Below, one piece after another: positions 36,185 to 40,279 of a DNA stretch of 40,279 nt (the stretch's first letter is position 1; each line of letters starts with the position of its first letter). A model generated the notes under the pieces. It saw nothing but the letters and a program-made list of their open reading frames with translations. It was not told the origin of the DNA and did not search any database. The DNA lies in the NCBI GenBank assembly GCA_044225865.1, contig JBGAID010000021.1, positions 1 to 40,279 of the forward strand. Reading direction: 5' to 3'. The DNA comes from Polyangiaceae bacterium (lineage in GTDB: Bacteria; Myxococcota_A; Polyangia; Polyangiales; Polyangiaceae). Both the position numbers and the translations under genes were made by a program.

Positions 36185-37975
36185 ATGGTACGGGACGTCA
36201 TGCGCAAGCATTGGCTCGTCCCCCTGGCCCTGCTGGCAGCGTGCGACGGAGCGGCCTCGCCCAGCGATGGAGGATCGGGCGGCGAATGCGGTGAGGGCGG
36301 CGCGGCGGGAACGCCCGCGCGCGAAGAGCCCGAGGACGAGCTCTCCCCGCTCCGCCTCCTCCGCCGCGCGAGCATCGCCCTGCTCGGGGTTCCCCCGACC
36401 GACGCGCAGCTCGCGGAGGCGGCCGCCCTCCCCGACGACGAGGCTCGCTTCACCTACGTCGACGCCTTCATCGATGACGCCCTGAAGGATCCGCGCTTCT
36501 ACGACACGACCTTCGAGCTCGCCAAGCGCTGGCTCAACATCCCGCTCATCGACCGCACCGCGGACGCGCCGGAGTACGGCCCCCAGCAGCAGCGCGTCTT
36601 GACCGCGTGCCCACCGGAGTCCGCCCATGGCGGGGATCTCCATTACTATCGCGACAACTTCGAGAGCGCGGACGAAGCTTGCAGCGCCGCCGCCCCGACG
36701 CGCACCCTCGAGCCGTGGTGGGCCCCCGGGACGATGGTGACGCTCACTGGCAATGCCGCGAGCACCTCTCAAACCGGCCAGAGCACGCAGGAGGGGAACC
36801 CGATCGACATCCAGTGCAATGGCCGACCCGAAGGGACGTGCGGCTGCTTCACGGACGCCGCGGGCTGCTGGTTCGACCCCGGAAGCTACCCGGGATGGGG
36901 CGCCTTCGTCCCTGGCAACCCCAATGGCCAGCGTCGATTGCTCGCCGAGGAGCCGGCCCGCCTCTTCGCCCACATCGCATGGCACGATCTCCCGGCGACC
37001 GATTTCATCCTCGCCGATCTCTCGGTGGGACCGAGCACGGTCCAGGCCGCCTATGTGAGCCAGTCGCTCGCGGGCGGGGATCTCGCGGTCGTCGACGACA
37101 AGAGCTGGTGGAGCCCGGCCCAATTCGGGGCCGCCAAGGTCGATCCCCACCACGACGCCAATGACCCGTCCGCGTGGCGCGAATATCATCCATCCGAGCG
37201 CAACCGCTTCTTCTTGGCGGACCGCGATTACCATTTCGATCCGCGAGAGACCACGGAGCGGTCGGAGGGTATTCCCTCCGCCGGCATGCTGACGTCGCTG
37301 GGGTTCCTCGACGCGTACCCGCGCGAGCGGCTCAGGGCGGCGCGCGCGCTGGAGGCCCTCGCCTGCGAGCAGCTCTTGCCCCCGGGCGGGGACATCGAGT
37401 TCAACCCGTATCTGACGGATCCGGGGGACGAGGGGCCATGCCAGAACTGCCACAAGCGGATCGACCCCGCCGCGATGCACTTCAAACGATATGGAAAGCG
37501 CGGCAGCGCCTTCGAGGGCTGGGGGGCGCAGTACTTCATGCCGGGGGTCGGGGAGTGGACGTGGGACCCGGCGTGGCGCGAGGGTGAATATCCGTACTCG
37601 ACGGAGCCGTTCGCGCAATGGAACAAATGGTACCGCCCCGGCTCCGTCATGACCCCTGCCACCGAGGAGGAGGTCGCCGCCAATCCGTACGCCCTCTTCA
37701 TGGACTTCTTGCCTGAAGAGCAGACGCTCTTGGGTCAGCACGGAGACGGGACGGTCGGTCCCCTCGGCTTCGCCAAAATCATCGTCGCCGCCGGCTCTTT
37801 CGATCGGTGCGTAGTGCGCCGGCTCCACGAGCGGATCATCGGGCGGGACATCGATCCCGCCAGCGAGACAGGCTACCTCGAGACGCTCGTCGCTCAGTTC
37901 GTCGAGGGCGGGCGGCTGGTGCGACCGTTCGTGAAGACGCTGACCCAGTCGACCTGGTTCCGGAGGGGGTTTTGA
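36185..37975 (+). CDS. Secreted lipoprotein carrying a CxxCH motif, planctomycete/myxobacterial DUF15xx-like. An alternative start is at 36200.
   Basis: Lipobox LALLAAC plus a G/S tether. CQNCHKRIDPAAMHF heme-binding-type motif. Confidence 0.55.
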   Translation: MVRDVMRKHWLVPLALLAACDGAASPSDGGSGGECGEGGAAGTPAREEPEDELSPLRLLRRASIALLGVPPTDAQLAEAAALPDDEARFTYVDAFIDDALKDPRFYDTTFELAKRWLNIPLIDRTADAPEYGPQQQRVLTACPPESAHGGDLHYYRDNFESADEACSAAAPTRTLEPWWAPGTMVTLTGNAASTSQTGQSTQEGNPIDIQCNGRPEGTCGCFTDAAGCWFDPGSYPGWGAFVPGNPNGQRRLLAEEPARLFAHIAWHDLPATDFILADLSVGPSTVQAAYVSQSLAGGDLAVVDDKSWWSPAQFGAAKVDPHHDANDPSAWREYHPSERNRFFLADRDYHFDPRETTERSEGIPSAGMLTSLGFLDAYPRERLRAARALEALACEQLLPPGGDIEFNPYLTDPGDEGPCQNCHKRIDPAAMHFKRYGKRGSAFEGWGAQYFMPGVGEWTWDPAWREGEYPYSTEPFAQWNKWYRPGSVMTPATEEEVAANPYALFMDFLPEEQTLLGQHGDGTVGPLGFAKIIVAAGSFDRCVVRRLHERIIGRDIDPASETGYLETLVAQFVEGGRLVRPFVKTLTQSTWFRRGF

Positions 37976-37977
37976 CC

Positions 37978-38991
37978 ATGAGACGAGCCCTTTCCCTGTT
38001 GGTCGCTTCGGTCGCGCTCGCCGCCGGGGCCTGCGGCGAGTCGGCGAGCGAATCGCAGACCGATCCCACCCCCTGCGGCGGACCCACCCCCGAGGAGCGC
38101 GCCGCCAATCAGAAGGTCTTCGACGCGCTGTCGCCGACGTGCGCGGGGTGCCACAGCACCGGCAGCCGGGGTTTCTTCGCCTCGATCGAGGCGTTCGAGG
38201 CGCTGGTCGTCTACGCCCAGAACGAGGTCGTCCCCGGGGACCCCGACAATAGCGAGCTCGTCCTCCTGTTGGAAGGTCACGGGACGCGGGCGTTCACCCA
38301 GATGCCCATCGCGGGCCCCGCGTACGCCGACATGGCCGATATTCCCATGAGCATGGCCGACATTCGCGCCTGGGTCGTCGGCCTCGAGGCGCGGCAGCTC
38401 GATCCGCTCCCGTCGATCGAGGCGCGGCGGGTGACCCGGATGGCCGCCGACGACATCCAGCGAGCGCTCTACCAGCAGCTCGGCCTCACCGACGAGGACT
38501 TCTTCGTCCCCGCGAACAACTACGACATCGAGCACAAGAGCAACCAACAATCCGACGAGCGGTACGCCCTCTCTTCGCCAGAGGCGATCCCGGCGCCGTT
38601 CGAGTCTCTGCCGGTGGAGCGCTTCGCGTCTCTCGGAGGCGGGTCGGCGATGTTCCAAATGAAGTCGGACTCGACCGTCACCCCGAGCTATTTGGGCACC
38701 CTCTCTCAGGTGTCGCAGCGCTGGTGCGCGATGGCCCTCGACAAGGCGAACAACACCGCCCTCCTGCCCGCAGGCGCGAGCGTCGCGACCGGCAGCAGCG
38801 ACCCGGCCGCGGTGAAGGCGGTCATTCGCCAATGGTTCCTCCACTTCCACGCCACCGTCGCCGATGACGCGTCGGTGAACGAGGTGTTCGACACCGTGTT
38901 CGTGCCCCTCGAGACGGAGACGGACGCGCGCGCCGGCTACATCGGGACCTGCTCGTACTTCATTCGTCACCCCCACTGGGTCTTCTACTGA
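37978..38991 (+). CDS. Secreted lipoprotein with an N-terminal CxxCH motif.
   Basis: Lipobox LAAGAC, then LSPTCAGCHSTGSRGFF. It begins 2 nt after the previous stop. Confidence 0.5.
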   Translation: MRRALSLLVASVALAAGACGESASESQTDPTPCGGPTPEERAANQKVFDALSPTCAGCHSTGSRGFFASIEAFEALVVYAQNEVVPGDPDNSELVLLLEGHGTRAFTQMPIAGPAYADMADIPMSMADIRAWVVGLEARQLDPLPSIEARRVTRMAADDIQRALYQQLGLTDEDFFVPANNYDIEHKSNQQSDERYALSSPEAIPAPFESLPVERFASLGGGSAMFQMKSDSTVTPSYLGTLSQVSQRWCAMALDKANNTALLPAGASVATGSSDPAAVKAVIRQWFLHFHATVADDASVNEVFDTVFVPLETETDARAGYIGTCSYFIRHPHWVFY

Positions 38992-38999
38992 GAGGCGCC

Positions 39000-40279
39000 A
39001 TGAAACCCACTCGACGACAGCTCCTCCTCGCCGCCTTGGGCGCCTCTCAGGTCGGCCTGCTCGACGCCTTCTCCGGGCGCCCCGCCCTCGCCGGGCCGAA
39101 GCCGGGCGGACCGACGAAGCTGCTCGGCATCTGGCTCGACGGCGGCTGCAACTGGGAGCACATCTTCACGCCATTCTCGTCCGCCGGCGTCGATAAGCTC
39201 ATCCAGCCCCCCGAGGGCGGCAATCACCCGTTCGGCTACGACGCCGCGATGGTGAAGAACTTCGACGGGACGGCGGCGGATCTGGATGCGCCGATCCGCA
39301 AGCTGCGGGGACCCATTCACTGGAACCCCGCCGACCCCGCCGACGCCACCGGCTCGAACACGCTCTCCGGAGGGACCCAGCTCTATCGGCCGTGGGGATA
39401 CAGCTGGGCCAACCCGGACTACAAGCTCTACGATCGCGCGTGCCTGCTCGTCGGGGCCGACCAGGGGACGGCGTCCCACGCGAGCGGGATCGTCGCCAGC
39501 ATGTGCGGCGTCGCCGGATCATCCTTCCGGGCGCCCTCCGTCCACGCGGTGCTGGCCAATTACCTCGCCGCATACTTTCCGGATAGACCGGTGCCCAACG
39601 CGACATTGGGCGGGACAGCGCCGTCGGCGGCGGGGCTACCGGCCATCGCCAATCCGTATTCGTTGTCGAGCTTGGCCCTCGTAGAGTCGACGATCTCGGA
39701 CCGACGCGACGGGGCGTGGGCGGGGCTGCGGACGCGCACCGATCGCGACGCGGTGGACTTCGACGGCAAGCCGCTCGGGGAGAAGTGGCCCCTGACCGCG
39801 ACGGACGCAGCGGTGATGGAGGCGATCCGGCGAGACAAAGGCGTCTCCACCACCGGCACCGACGAAGCGCTGCGCCAGCTCTACGAGACCTACGCCGGCG
39901 TCAGCAAGACGATCGCGCGCGACGTGCTCACCAAGCTCGAAGCGACCGCCGGCTTCGAGCACATCGACGCCGACCCGCTCTACGCGGGAGGCGCCTTCGG
40001 CACCGCGTGCATCGGCGCGGCCGACGTGTGCGGCCCCGTACGCAGCGGCGGTCCTTGGGAGTTCGCGCTCCGGCTGCTCAAGTCGGATCTCGTGAGCTGC
40101 CTGAATCTTCGCGCCACGAGCATCGCGAACGCCTCGTTCGACGTGCACTTCTCGGGGGGCGCCCGCGCCCAGACGAGCCACTTGCGAATCGCCCTCGAGG
40201 GGATCGCGCAGATGCTCATCGAGATGTCTCTGACCCCGGCCCCCTCCGGACAGGGCACCCTCCTCGACGAGACCCTCGT
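39000..40279 (+). CDS. Tat-signal protein, DUF1501/DUF1552-like. It is 3'-truncated by the window edge.
   Basis: MKPTRRQLLLAALGA twin-arginine signal. LLGIWLDGGCNWEHIF core motif. The reading frame is open to the end of the window. Confidence 0.5.
   Translation, partial: MKPTRRQLLLAALGASQVGLLDAFSGRPALAGPKPGGPTKLLGIWLDGGCNWEHIFTPFSSAGVDKLIQPPEGGNHPFGYDAAMVKNFDGTAADLDAPIRKLRGPIHWNPADPADATGSNTLSGGTQLYRPWGYSWANPDYKLYDRACLLVGADQGTASHASGIVASMCGVAGSSFRAPSVHAVLANYLAAYFPDRPVPNATLGGTAPSAAGLPAIANPYSLSSLALVESTISDRRDGAWAGLRTRTDRDAVDFDGKPLGEKWPLTATDAAVMEAIRRDKGVSTTGTDEALRQLYETYAGVSKTIARDVLTKLEATAGFEHIDADPLYAGGAFGTACIGAADVCGPVRSGGPWEFALRLLKSDLVSCLNLRATSIANASFDVHFSGGARAQTSHLRIALEGIAQMLIEMSLTPAPSGQGTLLDETL

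Noticed and set aside
36155-38976. Long minus-strand ORFs (36155-37828, 37894-38976) opposite the CxxCH lipoprotein genes
   Set aside because: They are antisense to plus-strand genes that have signal peptides and conserved motifs. Composition is R/G/E/D-rich.
1-40279. Mobile elements, CRISPR arrays, tRNA/rRNA genes
   Set aside because: No transposase/integrase/recombinase-like ORF, no terminal inverted repeats flanking a gene block, no regularly spaced short repeats, and no tRNA-like T-loop/D-loop patterns found on either strand.

Overview
The window is very GC-rich (about 70%), single-replicon-like DNA with the hallmarks of a myxobacterial (Polyangiaceae/Sorangium-like) chromosome: many lipobox lipoproteins with Gly/Ser/Ala-rich tethers, a Myxococcus-type cysteine-rich repeat (TIGR02232-like), a tail-anchored Ser/Thr kinase, and an unusual density of one-component regulators (4 LysR, 2 AraC, 2 ArsR, plus TetR, PadR and MerR). 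I call about 45 protein genes. I found no tRNA or rRNA, no CRISPR array, and no transposase, integrase or other mobile-element signature. The window reads as a regulator-rich accessory-metabolism and secreted-protein region, not an island. The most interesting items are: (1) a histidine kinase whose N-terminal sensor domain is a photoactive-yellow-protein (PYP) homologue with the chromophore-binding Cys/Tyr/Glu/Arg conserved; (2) a sigma-factor-associated pair of cysteine-rich lipoproteins, one a tandem array of knottin-like 6-Cys modules and one an internally duplicated 783-aa protein; (3) two paralogous, translationally coupled ArsR-SRPBCC-VOC cassettes, each next to a distinct palindromic operator candidate; (4) a thioester-reductase/alpha-beta-hydrolase fusion in an operon with a crotonase and a DUF3052 protein; (5) a recurring G7-loop-C7 hairpin repeat, tandem at the window start and again after the reductase gene; (6) an HPF-TerC operon with a strong 5'-UTR hairpin and direct repeats; (7) a three-gene secreted cluster with CxxCH motifs and a Tat-signal partner at the 3' end, truncated by the window edge. 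Long ORFs on the opposite strand of these genes are Arg/Gly/Asp-rich off-frame artefacts of high-GC DNA and were rejected.
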